Assembly (NCBI GenBank): GCA_029560465.1
Contig: JAKQKX010000073.1
Location: 15,411-79,410 of the forward strand
Source: Candidatus Omnitrophota bacterium
Lineage (GTDB): Bacteria; Omnitrophota; Gorgyraeia; Zapsychrales; JANLHA01
Length of the DNA: 64,000 nucleotides
Direction of reading: 5' to 3'
Shown here: piece by piece, positions 47,995 through 57,231 of the stretch
Position numbering within the stretch: position 1 is the first letter of the stretch
Layout of the letters: the number at the start of each line of letters is the position of its first letter
The notes under the pieces: model-generated
Told to the model about the DNA's origin: nothing
The model's database searches: none
Seen by the model: only the letters and a program-made list of their open reading frames with translations
Translations under genes and position numbers: made by a program

Positions 47995-49725
47995 TTATTC
48001 TTTTAAAGCAATCTCCCGCTGCAACTGGGAAGAAAGGTCCTCAATTGTTTTGTTGCCCTGGTCTCCCGCCTGCCTCTTGCGGACAGATACCTGGCCTGAA
48101 GAAACCTCCCGGTCTCCCACAACAAGAAGATACGGTATTTTTTGCAGGGTTCCTTCTCGGATACGTTTATTTAAACTCTCGTTTCTCGCGTCAATTATAA
48201 CGCGCAGCCCCTGGCCTTGCAAATTCTCTTTTACCTTCTGTGCATATGCCTGATGACTATCTTTGATGGGAATAATCATTACCTGAACAGGTGCCAGCCA
48301 AAGAGGAAACGCCCCCGCATAGTGCTCTATCAAGGTGCCGATAAAACGCTCCACGCTCCCCAAAATAGCCCGATGGATCATGATCGGACGCTGGTTCTCC
48401 CCTTGCTCATTAACATACGTTAAATCAAACCGCTCCGGAAGGGCAAAATCACACTGAATCGTCGCGCATTGCCAAGACCGGCCTAAAGCATCTTTTAATT
48501 TAATATCAATTTTCGGTCCGTAAAAAGCCCCGTCTCCTTCATTAATATGAAAGGACACGTTTTTATTCTTCATAGAATTCTGAAGGACCTCTGTAGCGCA
48601 TTCCCAGTTTTCCACCGTACCGATAAATTTTTCCGGACGGGTGCTGAGCTCAATTTCATATTCCGTGAACCCGAAATCTTTCATCATCGAAAAAACAAAA
48701 TCAAGAACGCCCATCACTTCGGCCTGTAATTGATCCTGCCGGCAAAAGATATGCGCATCATCCTGCGTAAACCCTCTCACGCGCAACAGCCCGTGCAAGA
48801 CACCAGCTTTCTCCTGACGATAAACAGTCCCAAGCTCAAAAAACCGGATCGGCAGGTCACGATACGAGCGCATTTTGGATTTATATATCAGCATATGGCC
48901 CGGACAATTCATGGGCTTAACCGCATATTCTTCCTGATCTACCGAGAAATAATACATATTTTCACGGTAATACCCCGCGTGGCCGCTCATTTCCCAAAGT
49001 TTGCCCTTTAAAATATTCGGGGTCATGACAAAATCATACCCGCGTTTCATGTGCTGAGCTCGGACATAATCCTCAATATTTTTTCGTAACATCGCCCCGG
49101 CTGGATGATAAAAAACCAACCCCGCCCCGGCAGCTTCATGATAAATATTAAACAAATCTAATTGGGTGCCTAGCTTGCGGTGGTCCCTTTTCTGTGTTTC
49201 TTCAAGATTCTGCAGATGCTGCGCCAACTCTTCCCTGCTGGCAAAGCACGTTCCATAAATTCTCTGCAGCATGGCATTGTTTTCATCCCCGTGCCAATAG
49301 GCCCCGGCTAAAGACAATAATTTAAACGCTTTAATTTGCCCGGTGCTTTCCGCGTGAGGGCCTTTACAAAGATCCACAAAACCATCACCGGTTTTATATA
49401 TAGAAATTTTTTCGTCCGGAAGATTTTCGATCAGCTCTAATTTATAATCTTCCTTTAATTCCTTAAACAGCGCAATCGCCTCATTTTTGGGCAGCACGCT
49501 TTGCCGCAAGGGTAAATCTTGATTGATGATGCGCTGCATTCGCTGTTCGATTTTTTCCAGGTCTTCCGTTGAAAAGGGCTCTCTCTTGTCAAAATCATAA
49601 TAAAAACCGTTTTCAATGGCCGGGCCAATAGCTAGCTTTACGTCTGGCCAAAGCTCTTTAACCGCTTGCGCCATGACATGCGAACAGGTGTGCCTCAATG
49701 GTTCTATAGACGAATTTTTACACAT
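47995..49725 (-). CDS. thrS: Threonine--tRNA ligase (no N-terminal TGS domain)
   Basis: [45 protein letters not shown]; start moved to 49725 because 49749 lies inside tRNA-Val. Confidence 0.97.
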   Translation of the reverse strand: MCKNSSIEPLRHTCSHVMAQAVKELWPDVKLAIGPAIENGFYYDFDKREPFSTEDLEKIEQRMQRIINQDLPLRQSVLPKNEAIALFKELKEDYKLELIENLPDEKISIYKTGDGFVDLCKGPHAESTGQIKAFKLLSLAGAYWHGDENNAMLQRIYGTCFASREELAQHLQNLEETQKRDHRKLGTQLDLFNIYHEAAGAGLVFYHPAGAMLRKNIEDYVRAQHMKRGYDFVMTPNILKGKLWEMSGHAGYYRENMYYFSVDQEEYAVKPMNCPGHMLIYKSKMRSYRDLPIRFFELGTVYRQEKAGVLHGLLRVRGFTQDDAHIFCRQDQLQAEVMGVLDFVFSMMKDFGFTEYEIELSTRPEKFIGTVENWECATEVLQNSMKNKNVSFHINEGDGAFYGPKIDIKLKDALGRSWQCATIQCDFALPERFDLTYVNEQGENQRPIMIHRAILGSVERFIGTLIEHYAGAFPLWLAPVQVMIIPIKDSHQAYAQKVKENLQGQGLRVIIDARNESLNKRIREGTLQKIPYLLVVGDREVSSGQVSVRKRQAGDQGNKTIEDLSSQLQREIALKE

Positions 49726-49734
49726 GATTAAAAA

Positions 49735-49811
49735 TGGTGGGCGGTACAAGACTCGAACTTGTGACCTTCACGATGTCAACGTGACGCTCTAACCAACTGA
49801 GCTAACCGCCC
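49735..49811 (-). tRNA. tRNA-Val (GAC)
   Basis: GGGCGGTTAGCTCAG; anticodon arm TCACG-TTGACAT-CGTGA; GTTCGAGT; CCA encoded. Confidence 0.96.
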
Positions 49812-49867
49812 ACAAAAATTTTATGCCTTTGTTTTATATTTATGCCCGCAAAGAATGCTCACGTACA

Positions 49868-49950
49868 TGGGCAAGGTGGGAGTCGAACCCACACGACCTT
49901 GCGGTCACAGGATTTTAAGTCCTGCGTGTATGCCATTCCACCACTTGCCC
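49868..49950 (-). tRNA. tRNA-Leu (TAA)
   Basis: GGGCAAGTGGTGGAATGG; CAGGA-CTTAAAA-TCCTG; long variable arm GACC-GCAA-GGTC; GGTTCGACTCC; CCA not encoded. Confidence 0.95.
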
Positions 49951-50036
49951 AAATTCACGCAATGACGCCCGCCCCAAAAAGCCAATTCCTTAAAACCCAT
50001 CGCAACAACTTTTTCGAAATCCGGATTCCAACGAAT

Positions 50037-50111
50037 TGGAGGCGTGGACCGGACTCGAACCGGTGAATAATGGTTTTGCAGACCACTGCCTTACCACTTG
50101 GCTACCACGCC
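50037..50111 (-). tRNA. tRNA-Cys (GCA)
   Basis: GGCGTGGTAGCCAAGTGGTAAGGC; GTGGT-CTGCAAA-ACCAT; GGTTCGAGTCC; TCCA end. Confidence 0.96.
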
Positions 50112-50116
50112 ATAAA

Positions 50117-50671
50117 TCATTTTAAAATAGCGTTAACGGCTTCCACAATGGTCATAACATCGGCCAAATGACCAAGACCAGTTGTTCCACAGGCCAACCG
50201 GCCTTCCGTGGGACCTATAAAATGATATCCTATCTCTTTCAATCGTTTTATATTTGCCTGAGTCACCGGGTGCCCATACATATTCGTATTCATAGCCGGA
50301 GCGATCAGTTTGGGTGCCAAAGAGGCCAAGGCCGTTGAACAAATCAAATCATCCGCCAATCCATTCGCCAGTTTAGCCAAAATGTGTGCTGTGGCCGGAG
50401 CAATCAACACAAGATCGGCCTGCTCTGCCAATCCAATGTGTTCTATTTCCCACGAGTCCGCCGCCCCCTTAAACATCTCCCTGGAAACCCTCTGCCCTGA
50501 AAGCGTTTCCAACGTTAACGGGGAAATAAACGCCTCCGCCTCTTTCGTCATCACAACAGCAACAGAATATCCCGCCTCTTGCAACCGCCGGATAAGGTCA
50601 CACGACTTATACGCCGCAATGCTTCCCGTGACTCCCAAAACAATATTTGATCCAGAACGCCGCACCGCCAT
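50117..50671 (-). CDS. coaC: Phosphopantothenoylcysteine decarboxylase (CoaC half of CoaBC only)
   Basis: GVTGSIAAYK, EH, APATA, PAMN..M, LACG..G.G; stops at 184 aa. Confidence 0.9.
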   Translation of the reverse strand: MAVRRSGSNIVLGVTGSIAAYKSCDLIRRLQEAGYSVAVVMTKEAEAFISPLTLETLSGQRVSREMFKGAADSWEIEHIGLAEQADLVLIAPATAHILAKLANGLADDLICSTALASLAPKLIAPAMNTNMYGHPVTQANIKRLKEIGYHFIGPTEGRLACGTTGLGHLADVMTIVEAVNAILK

Positions 50672-50676
50672 AATAA

Positions 50677-50937
50677 TTAGGCCTCAGCGGGTTCCCCGCC
50701 TGTTTTCTTCCCATGCGTTTGATCTGGCAAAAATCTCTCGGCCACATCTTTCAAAACAACTTTTGCATTCTGAATTTCTTCCAGAGCAATCGTCGTCGTT
50801 TTCATCAAAGACGGCGTTTCAATTAAACGGGGTTTGCCGTCTGCTAATTCAACAGCTCTGTTAGAGGCCATGCGAACCAACTTATAAATACTATAATCTG
50901 TTTTAGGCAATAAATCTTCCAACGGCGGATATCCCAT
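50677..50937 (-). CDS. rpoZ: RNA polymerase omega subunit
   Basis: S.YKLV...S.RA.EL, K.TTIALEEI; gmk-rpoZ-coaBC synteny. Confidence 0.93.
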   Translation of the reverse strand: MGYPPLEDLLPKTDYSIYKLVRMASNRAVELADGKPRLIETPSLMKTTTIALEEIQNAKVVLKDVAERFLPDQTHGKKTGGEPAEA

Positions 50938-51028
50938 CTTTAATCCCTCCCAAAACCTTCTCTGTTTTAATATGCTAAGTTATTCCATCATATCATCTTA
51001 TTAAGAAACAGATGAAATGTTACTTATA

Positions 51029-51679
51029 TCACATTCCCACGGCCTTGTCAAAATGATTCTTCGCGCCCCAACGTCCGGTGCGACTCCCCTTTGACACAGA
51101 TCCATCTCTGTCGTTAATTTTACAGCGAATAAACTCTACTAAAAATTGGTACGCGGCACTTAAATCATCATTAATTACAACGAGATCATAAAAACGGGTT
51201 TCTTTCATTTCAACCCGCGCCGCTTTTAATCTCAGGGTCATCTCCTTGGACGACTCGCTTTTCCTGTTTTCTAATCTCTTTTTTAAAATAGCCATCGATG
51301 GTGGCTGAATAAAAATCCGGCACGCTTTTGGAAACTTGCGGGCGACCGTTTTGGCTCCTTTAACATCGATGCATAAAATCACGGATTTCCCACGACGGAG
51401 ATTCAAAAAAAGATTTTTCCGCGGCGTCCCATAATAGGAATGAAAAACGTTTTCCCACTCCAAAAAATGTCCTGCCCGTATTTTATAACGGAACATTTTT
51501 TCGCTGATATAAAAATAATCCTGCCCGTGCCGCTCTCCAGGTCGTGGCCCGCGGGTTGTCGCAGAAACGGATTTAACCAACACCCCCTGCAATTCGCGGC
51601 TCTCCAACAATTTTTTCGTAAGAGTGGTTTTCCCTGATCCTGAGGGCCCGGAGAGGATAAAAAGTATTCCTTGTTTCAT
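51029..51679 (-). CDS. gmk: Guanylate kinase
   Basis: SGPSGSGKT, SVS.TTR.PRPGE..G.DY, YYGTP, IDVKGA. Confidence 0.96.
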   Translation of the reverse strand: MKQGILFILSGPSGSGKTTLTKKLLESRELQGVLVKSVSATTRGPRPGERHGQDYFYISEKMFRYKIRAGHFLEWENVFHSYYGTPRKNLFLNLRRGKSVILCIDVKGAKTVARKFPKACRIFIQPPSMAILKKRLENRKSESSKEMTLRLKAARVEMKETRFYDLVVINDDLSAAYQFLVEFIRCKINDRDGSVSKGSRTGRWGAKNHFDKAVGM

Positions 51680-51688
51680 TCTGGTCGC

Positions 51689-52513
51689 TTATTCAATATT
51701 TTGTGCCTGCTCCCGCAACCTTTCTATTTTGCTTTTTAAAGCAATAACCGAATTTGAAACAATTTGATCCTGCAGTTTTGATCCTATTGTGTTGGTTTCC
51801 CTCTGCATTTCCTGGGCGATAAAGTCCATTTTCTTCCCAACGGGAACCTGGGCTTTTAACAGCAGCTTGTATTCTTCAACATAATGTTTCAAGCGCGTAA
51901 TTTCCTCATTAATTTCACATCCCTTTTGAAAAGACGGAAATTCTTCCGGGCTTAAAATTTTTTTGTTTTCACGCAAAATTGTTTTCGTCCGAGATTCAAT
52001 ATTGTTGACCTGTGCGCTCATTCTTTTTAAAATATGTGCAATATCCTTTTCTAGGCTTTTCCCCTCACTTCTGCGCATAGACATTAAACTTTTCATTGCT
52101 TTTTGAAGACACATGTTAAGACTACTTGTCCAAAATTTATCAACATCTAAAATAGCCTCTTTCGTTTCCACAACTCCCGGGAGAACAACAAGGCTTGCTA
52201 TTGTTAAAGTATTGTCCAAACTAAAGTCTTTCTGTAACTTTTTGGCTTCTTTAAGATATTCTTGAACAACCCGTTGGTTAAATTGGACATTTTGGGCAGA
52301 TTTTTCAGTAATTTTAACAGACACCGTCACTCGGCCACGAGAAATTTCTTTTTGGACAATATTTTTAATTTTATTCTCTACCGCCCCAAACCCAACAGGC
52401 AGATAACAAACAAAATCCAAATAACGATGATTTTGGCTTTTTATTTCCAAAAAGCCTTTCATTTGTCCAAAAGAAAACGGCACGTTTCCATACCCAGTCA
52501 TACCTACAAGCAT
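51689..52513 (-). CDS. yicC: YicC/YloC-family endoribonuclease
   Basis: MTGYG, KS.NHRYLD, RGRV, EEITRL..H, GKK.DF..QEM.RE.NTIGSK, REQ.QNIE. Confidence 0.94.
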   Translation of the reverse strand: MLVGMTGYGNVPFSFGQMKGFLEIKSQNHRYLDFVCYLPVGFGAVENKIKNIVQKEISRGRVTVSVKITEKSAQNVQFNQRVVQEYLKEAKKLQKDFSLDNTLTIASLVVLPGVVETKEAILDVDKFWTSSLNMCLQKAMKSLMSMRRSEGKSLEKDIAHILKRMSAQVNNIESRTKTILRENKKILSPEEFPSFQKGCEINEEITRLKHYVEEYKLLLKAQVPVGKKMDFIAQEMQRETNTIGSKLQDQIVSNSVIALKSKIERLREQAQNIE

Positions 52514-52618
52514 ATCTTTCCTCTTTCTTGTCGAACTAAACAAAGTTCTCTTCTTTGAAATTGCCCTCTAAACACAAAAAATCCAACAAAATCACGCAAC
52601 TCATTTAATTGCAAACAA

Positions 52619-53497
52619 TTAAGATGCGTTGTTTATATTATTTCTAATTATTTTTAAAATTCTGTCCAAGTCATCTACAGAATAATATTCAATAATTAGT
52701 TTCCCTCGCTTTTTATGCGACTGAATATTAACCTTCGTCCCTAATAATTTCTGCAGCTCCTCTTCTAAATAAACAATCTCGTGGTCTTTGTGCGTATCTT
52801 TTTTGCTTTTCTTAACCGTAGCCGCATTTCTAATTAAAGCTTCTAATTCTCTTACAGAAATTTTTTTATTTAGAACTAAAAGAAATAATTCCTTTTGCAC
52901 CTGAGCATTGTCTACGCCAACAAGCGCCCTAGCATGGCCCATGCTGACTTCCCCGGAAACAACTTTTTCCCGAATGTCATCAGGAAGTTTTAATAAGCGA
53001 ATCATGTTGCTTACAGTAGAAATATCTTTGCTAACGGATTGCGCTACCTGTTCGTATGTCAAATGATGCTCGTCCAACAACTTTTTATACGCAAGTCCTT
53101 CCTCAATAGCATTCAATTCTTCTCTCTGAATATTCTCGATAAGCGCCAAAATCAGGGCTTCGTCATTCGTAACGTTCTTTATAACAACGGGGACGTCCTT
53201 CAGATTCAATGCACGAGCTGCCCGCAACCGCCTCTCTCCTGCAATAACCTCATATCCTCCCCCGTCAACGGGCCTGACTAGCAATGGTTGCAACAAGCCT
53301 TTTTCTTTAATGGAGGACTTTAATTCCTCCATTGTTGTTGTATCATAATTTGTTCTTGGCTGCTGGCTATTGTCCCGGATGACATCCACATTTAAAAAAG
53401 CTATTTCTTCTTTACGTTTCTCCTCATTCCCAGAATATATTTTCTCAGGAATTAGCGCCGACAATCCTTTTCCAAGAACTTTTTTTTCCATAATCAA
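52619..53497 (-). CDS. parB: Chromosome partitioning protein ParB/Spo0J
   Basis: LGKGL.AL, QPR, GLLQP, IAGERRLRAA, ENIQRE.LN, SMGHARAL. Confidence 0.97.
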   Translation of the reverse strand: MIMEKKVLGKGLSALIPEKIYSGNEEKRKEEIAFLNVDVIRDNSQQPRTNYDTTTMEELKSSIKEKGLLQPLLVRPVDGGGYEVIAGERRLRAARALNLKDVPVVIKNVTNDEALILALIENIQREELNAIEEGLAYKKLLDEHHLTYEQVAQSVSKDISTVSNMIRLLKLPDDIREKVVSGEVSMGHARALVGVDNAQVQKELFLLVLNKKISVRELEALIRNAATVKKSKKDTHKDHEIVYLEEELQKLLGTKVNIQSHKKRGKLIIEYYSVDDLDRILKIIRNNINNAS

Positions 53498-53521
53498 AAC
53501 TCCTTAAAAATCGGGAAGCTT

Positions 53522-54598
53522 TTAGAAATCCCGATTATCTTCTAAATAGCTCGACCCTTCTTCCACTTCTTGCTTAATACTTGCCTCCCCTGTCATCCAT
53601 GTCCCCGAGTCGCCTTCTTCTAAATGTAGATCTTCTGTCGTGCTGTCGACTTCGCTAACCGTTGGCCAGGCATCTGCTACTCCATCGCTATTAAAATCGT
53701 TTTTATCAACGATTTTTTTATCTTCATCGGAAACAACATCCAAGCCTTTCTCGCGGTCCTCTGCGAATGTTCCAATTTCCTGCTTAATTATCGCATGCGT
53801 GTTTTCTCTGGGGTCAGCTCCAACCAAATCTGCGTATTTTTCAGGACCAATTAATTCTATCGATAATTCTTTGTACTTTTCCGCCCCTATACAATGCGGA
53901 TCATACAACATAATCGGCTTCCCAAAGCTCGGAGCCTCACTCAACTTAACATTCCTTGGGATAACAGAAGAATAAACTTTATTAGAAAAATAACCATTAA
54001 TCTCATCAATAACCTCATGGGTTAAATTCGTTCTAAAATCCGCCATCGTTAAAACAACACCCTCCACTTCGAGCTTTGGATTTAAATTGTCACGAATCAA
54101 ATTAATCGTATTTAATAATTGTGAAACTCCCTCTAAAGCATAAAATTCACATTGAATGGGAATAAGCACCGAATTACAGGCAACCAAGGCATTCAGGGTT
54201 AACAACCCTAACGACGGAGGTGAATCCACAAAAATATAATCATATTCTTTTTCTACTTTTTCTAAAGCTTTTCTCAACCGTGTTTCTCTGGACAAAATAC
54301 CCACGAGCTCAATTTCTGCGCCAGTAAGATTAATATTGCACGGCATTAAATCTAAACATGGAAAAACATCCTTCACAATGGACTGTTCCGGGTTCGCTTT
54401 TCCCAACAAGACTTCATAGACAGTATTTTCTAAAGCAATTTTGTTAACGCCTACCCCACTTGTCGAGTTTCCTTGAGGATCCATATCAACCAACAAAACT
54501 TTTATACCATAAGAAGCCAAAGCATATGCGAGATTCACGCTAGTCGTTGTTTTTCCGGTACCACCCTTTTGATTACAGACAGATATTATTTTAGCCAT
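53522..54598 (-). CDS. parA: ParA/Soj ATPase with acidic C-terminal extension
   Basis: NQKGGTGKTT, DMDPQGN, DSPPSLG, QCEFYALEG, IPRNVKLSEAPS.G. Confidence 0.96.
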   Translation of the reverse strand: MAKIISVCNQKGGTGKTTTSVNLAYALASYGIKVLLVDMDPQGNSTSGVGVNKIALENTVYEVLLGKANPEQSIVKDVFPCLDLMPCNINLTGAEIELVGILSRETRLRKALEKVEKEYDYIFVDSPPSLGLLTLNALVACNSVLIPIQCEFYALEGVSQLLNTINLIRDNLNPKLEVEGVVLTMADFRTNLTHEVIDEINGYFSNKVYSSVIPRNVKLSEAPSFGKPIMLYDPHCIGAEKYKELSIELIGPEKYADLVGADPRENTHAIIKQEIGTFAEDREKGLDVVSDEDKKIVDKNDFNSDGVADAWPTVSEVDSTTEDLHLEEGDSGTWMTGEASIKQEVEEGSSYLEDNRDF

Positions 54599-54612
54599 TT
54601 TTAATTCTCGCT

Positions 54613-54628
54613 GTTTTCACGTGAAAAT
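54613..54628. promoter_or_regulatory. parS-like palindrome
   Basis: GTTTTCACGTGAAAAT; core TTTCACGTGAAA matches consensus TGTTTCACGTGAAACA; immediately upstream of parA. Confidence 0.7.
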
Positions 54629-54656
54629 TCTATAATATTTTATACCTGAAGCTCCT

Positions 54657-54842
54657 CTATTTTAAAGACACCTTTATTTTGGCCGGCTTAGCACCTTCCA
54701 TTCCAAACAACCCTTTTTGTTCTTCGCAAACAATTTTAATATTAACTTCCTCTCGGCTTACATTTAAAATGTCTAAAGCCTTTTTAATGGCATCCTCTAC
54801 GGTGGCCCCTTCCACATCAATGCTTTTTGAAAAATTATTCAT
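54657..54842 (-). CDS. Stand-alone Jag N-terminal domain protein (61 aa)
   Basis: EG.TVEDAI..AL..L......V.I.....E.KGLFG....K.A.IKV; follows yidC; start ATG 54842. Confidence 0.85.
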   Translation of the reverse strand: MNNFSKSIDVEGATVEDAIKKALDILNVSREEVNIKIVCEEQKGLFGMEGAKPAKIKVSLK

Positions 54843-54846
54843 ATTT

Positions 54847-56412
54847 TTAAGTAATTCTCGAAATTTTCCATTGAGTAAAGCTAGACAAAAAATAAAATGT
54901 AGTAAAATACAAAGCCAGTCCGCTGGCAACATTATAAAACACAAAACCTATCATCAAAGGAAAGAAAAACATCATAATTTTCTGACTAGATTCTTGAGCC
55001 GGATCAGAAACGACCATGTTTTTAATAGAAAATTTCTGTTGTACAATCATAATAATTATCATTAAAATTGGTAAAATATTAAAATATTCCCCAACAAAAG
55101 GTAATGCCGTCGGAAAAGCGAAAAGATGGTCGGGCTGAGACAAATCTTTTATCCAAAGGAATTTGGCATTTTTAAACGCAACGGATCTCCATAATACCTG
55201 ATAAACACCTATAAAAAAAGGCATTTGTAGCAACAACGGCAAACATCCACCAAAAGGATTAACCTGATGCTTTTTATATAATTCCATTGTTTCCTTTTGG
55301 AGTTTTTGTGGGTTATTTTTATGCTGTTCCTTTATTTTTAAAATTTCGGGTTGCAATGCCTGAATCTTTTTCATAGATTTCATGCCGCTTATAGATAATG
55401 GATACATCATAAGATAAATAAAAATTGCGGTTAAAATTATGCAAACGCCCCAAGTCGGGATTATTTTATAAAGAAAATGTAAGAATTTATATACTATTTT
55501 AGAAATCTCATTCAAAATTCCAAAATTTGAAAATCTTACAATCTTTTTAAAATCATAAGGATAGGAAGATAAAAGCGTTAGATCTTGTGGTCCAAAAAAC
55601 AAAACAGAATCAAAAGTTGAAAAATCGCTGCTATCAGAAATATTTTCGCCCTTAATTATAAACTCTAATTTATTATTTTGAAATTTTGTATAATATCCTT
55701 TATTTTTATATAATGGTTTATATATAGCGCAAAAATATCGGTCCCGAAAACCAATCCAGGCCACCTCTTCCGTAAAATCAACCTCGTCTTTATTAGATAA
55801 TTTATACGCATTGGCCTTTCGCGCCACCGATTGCGTTGAGGCCACAGAATATTCTAATAAAGCTTTATCCTGTGCTTTAATCACATTTTTGTCCAAACTG
55901 CCAACGTCCAAACTGAATCCTTTAATATTAATATTACTATTATTTTTAATATTAATACTATTTTCTATTAAATAATCATTATTAGATAGTAAATATTTTT
56001 TTATAATTTGACGTCCTTCTTTTTCCAGAGAATATTTGACAAAAGAATCTGTTTTTTCCAAAACCCGATAACAGCTATTACTATAAAAATCTTCCTGATT
56101 AATATCTGTTATTGGCAAAGAAACATTGTACTCTTTAAGCTCAATGTGTTTAATCCGGGCCCCCATGTTGGAAAAAATAACCGTCAATTTGTTATTATCT
56201 AAAATAACTAATTCTTCACACTGCTGGCTCTCGGCAGAAGGGACATCCGGAGCCGAAGACAAGGAACTCGATAAATTATCTTGAGTTTCTTTAGATTTTA
56301 AAGAAAGGTCTTGTCTTTTATTTTGGGAGGGGGTAGAAGAAGGATTAACTAGGGCCCAAAAAAATAATACAAAAAAGGATAAACTTATAGCAAGTAATAG
56401 TCTTTTTTCCAT
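54847..56412 (-). CDS. yidC: Membrane protein insertase YidC
   Basis: MEKRLLLAI.LS, FFGP, WG..II, NPFGGCLPLLLQMP, FLWIKDLS.PD, GL.LY. Confidence 0.96.
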   Translation of the reverse strand: MEKRLLLAISLSFFVLFFWALVNPSSTPSQNKRQDLSLKSKETQDNLSSSLSSAPDVPSAESQQCEELVILDNNKLTVIFSNMGARIKHIELKEYNVSLPITDINQEDFYSNSCYRVLEKTDSFVKYSLEKEGRQIIKKYLLSNNDYLIENSINIKNNSNINIKGFSLDVGSLDKNVIKAQDKALLEYSVASTQSVARKANAYKLSNKDEVDFTEEVAWIGFRDRYFCAIYKPLYKNKGYYTKFQNNKLEFIIKGENISDSSDFSTFDSVLFFGPQDLTLLSSYPYDFKKIVRFSNFGILNEISKIVYKFLHFLYKIIPTWGVCIILTAIFIYLMMYPLSISGMKSMKKIQALQPEILKIKEQHKNNPQKLQKETMELYKKHQVNPFGGCLPLLLQMPFFIGVYQVLWRSVAFKNAKFLWIKDLSQPDHLFAFPTALPFVGEYFNILPILMIIIMIVQQKFSIKNMVVSDPAQESSQKIMMFFFPLMIGFVFYNVASGLALYFTTFYFLSSFTQWKISRIT

Positions 56413-56416
56413 AAAA

Positions 56417-56626
56417 TTACCTTACAGGATCGTAGCCGCCTTTAGAAAAAGGTGTACAACGCATTATACGCCATACAGACAGAACCATTCCTCGGAAAAA
56501 TCCATGACGGCGAATGGCTTCAAGGGCATAATTTGAACATGAAGGATAATAACGGCAAGTACTTGGGAAAAAAATACGGCTTACCTTTTGATAAGATTTT
56601 ATCAATACCGATAACAATCTAATCAT
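56417..56626 (-). CDS. yidD: Membrane protein insertion efficiency factor YidD
   Basis: YQ..S, CRYYPSCSNY, HG...G, RC.PF..GGYDPV; start ATG 56626 because the longer ORF overlaps rpmH. Confidence 0.95.
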   Translation of the reverse strand: MIRLLSVLIKSYQKVSRIFFPSTCRYYPSCSNYALEAIRRHGFFRGMVLSVWRIMRCTPFSKGGYDPVR

Positions 56627-56648
56627 TAGAAAATGCCCTACCGAAAAA

Positions 56649-56786
56649 TTACTTGGAGAGACGAATTCTGCCTTTTGCGCGACGTCGACGGAGAACATCT
56701 TGGCCGTCGGCAGTTGACATCCTTTTTCGAAAGCCGTGAGTTCTTTTTCCTTTTAATATTGTAGGGGTTGTGAGTCCTTTTTTCAT
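56649..56786 (-). CDS. rpmH: 50S ribosomal protein L34 (not in the ORF track)
   Basis: Manual translation [45 protein letters not shown]. Confidence 0.96.
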   Translation of the reverse strand: MKKGLTTPTILKGKRTHGFRKRMSTADGQDVLRRRRAKGRIRLSK

Positions 56787-56795
56787 AATTGGACA

Positions 56796-56823
56796 ATTAT
56801 AACATAGGGTTAAGCTTAGTCAA
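56796..56823 (-). promoter_or_regulatory. Sigma70 promoter of the rpmH operon
   Basis: TTGACT-N16-TATAAT with TGn; 9 nt before the ATG. Confidence 0.75.
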
Positions 56824-57098
56824 GTTTTTTCATTTTTATTTAGAATAAAAAAGCCGTATTTTAATAGTGTTATAATTTTTTTCTTTGCTTTCTCGAGGAG
56901 AAAAGAATATAATTAAAATTTGATTTTAATAAAGCTGTAAGTTTTTCTCTTGTATTCACCTTCTGCTGAATTAAAAGTTGCATTCACATTTTTGTTTGCT
57001 ATAATATATAAACTTTATGTTTCTTTTTATTCGAAAAATCAACTCCAAATAAGTTTTCGAAGATATCTTCATTCATATTTCAAAGGGCTTCTTTTTAA

Positions 57099-57193
57099 AA
57101 ATCCACAGTTGTGGAAAACCTGTTAATTATTTTTGTTTTTCCAGTTAACTTATTCAAAATTAATCATTTACAAAACGTTTAGCTTGTGTAAAA
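57099..57193. promoter_or_regulatory. Cluster of DnaA-box-like sites upstream of dnaA
   Basis: AAATCCACA (57099), TGTGGAAAA (57110), TTATTCAAA (57150), TGTGTAAAA (57185) versus consensus TTATCCACA. Confidence 0.6.
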
Positions 57194-57231
57194 ACATTCT
57201 TTTTCGCAACTAAAAACACCCATCCTCGGCC

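Noticed and set aside
49726-50066. ORFs overlapping tRNA genes (49842-50066 and the thrS extension to 49749)
   Set aside because: They overlap clear tRNA cloverleaves and are spurious
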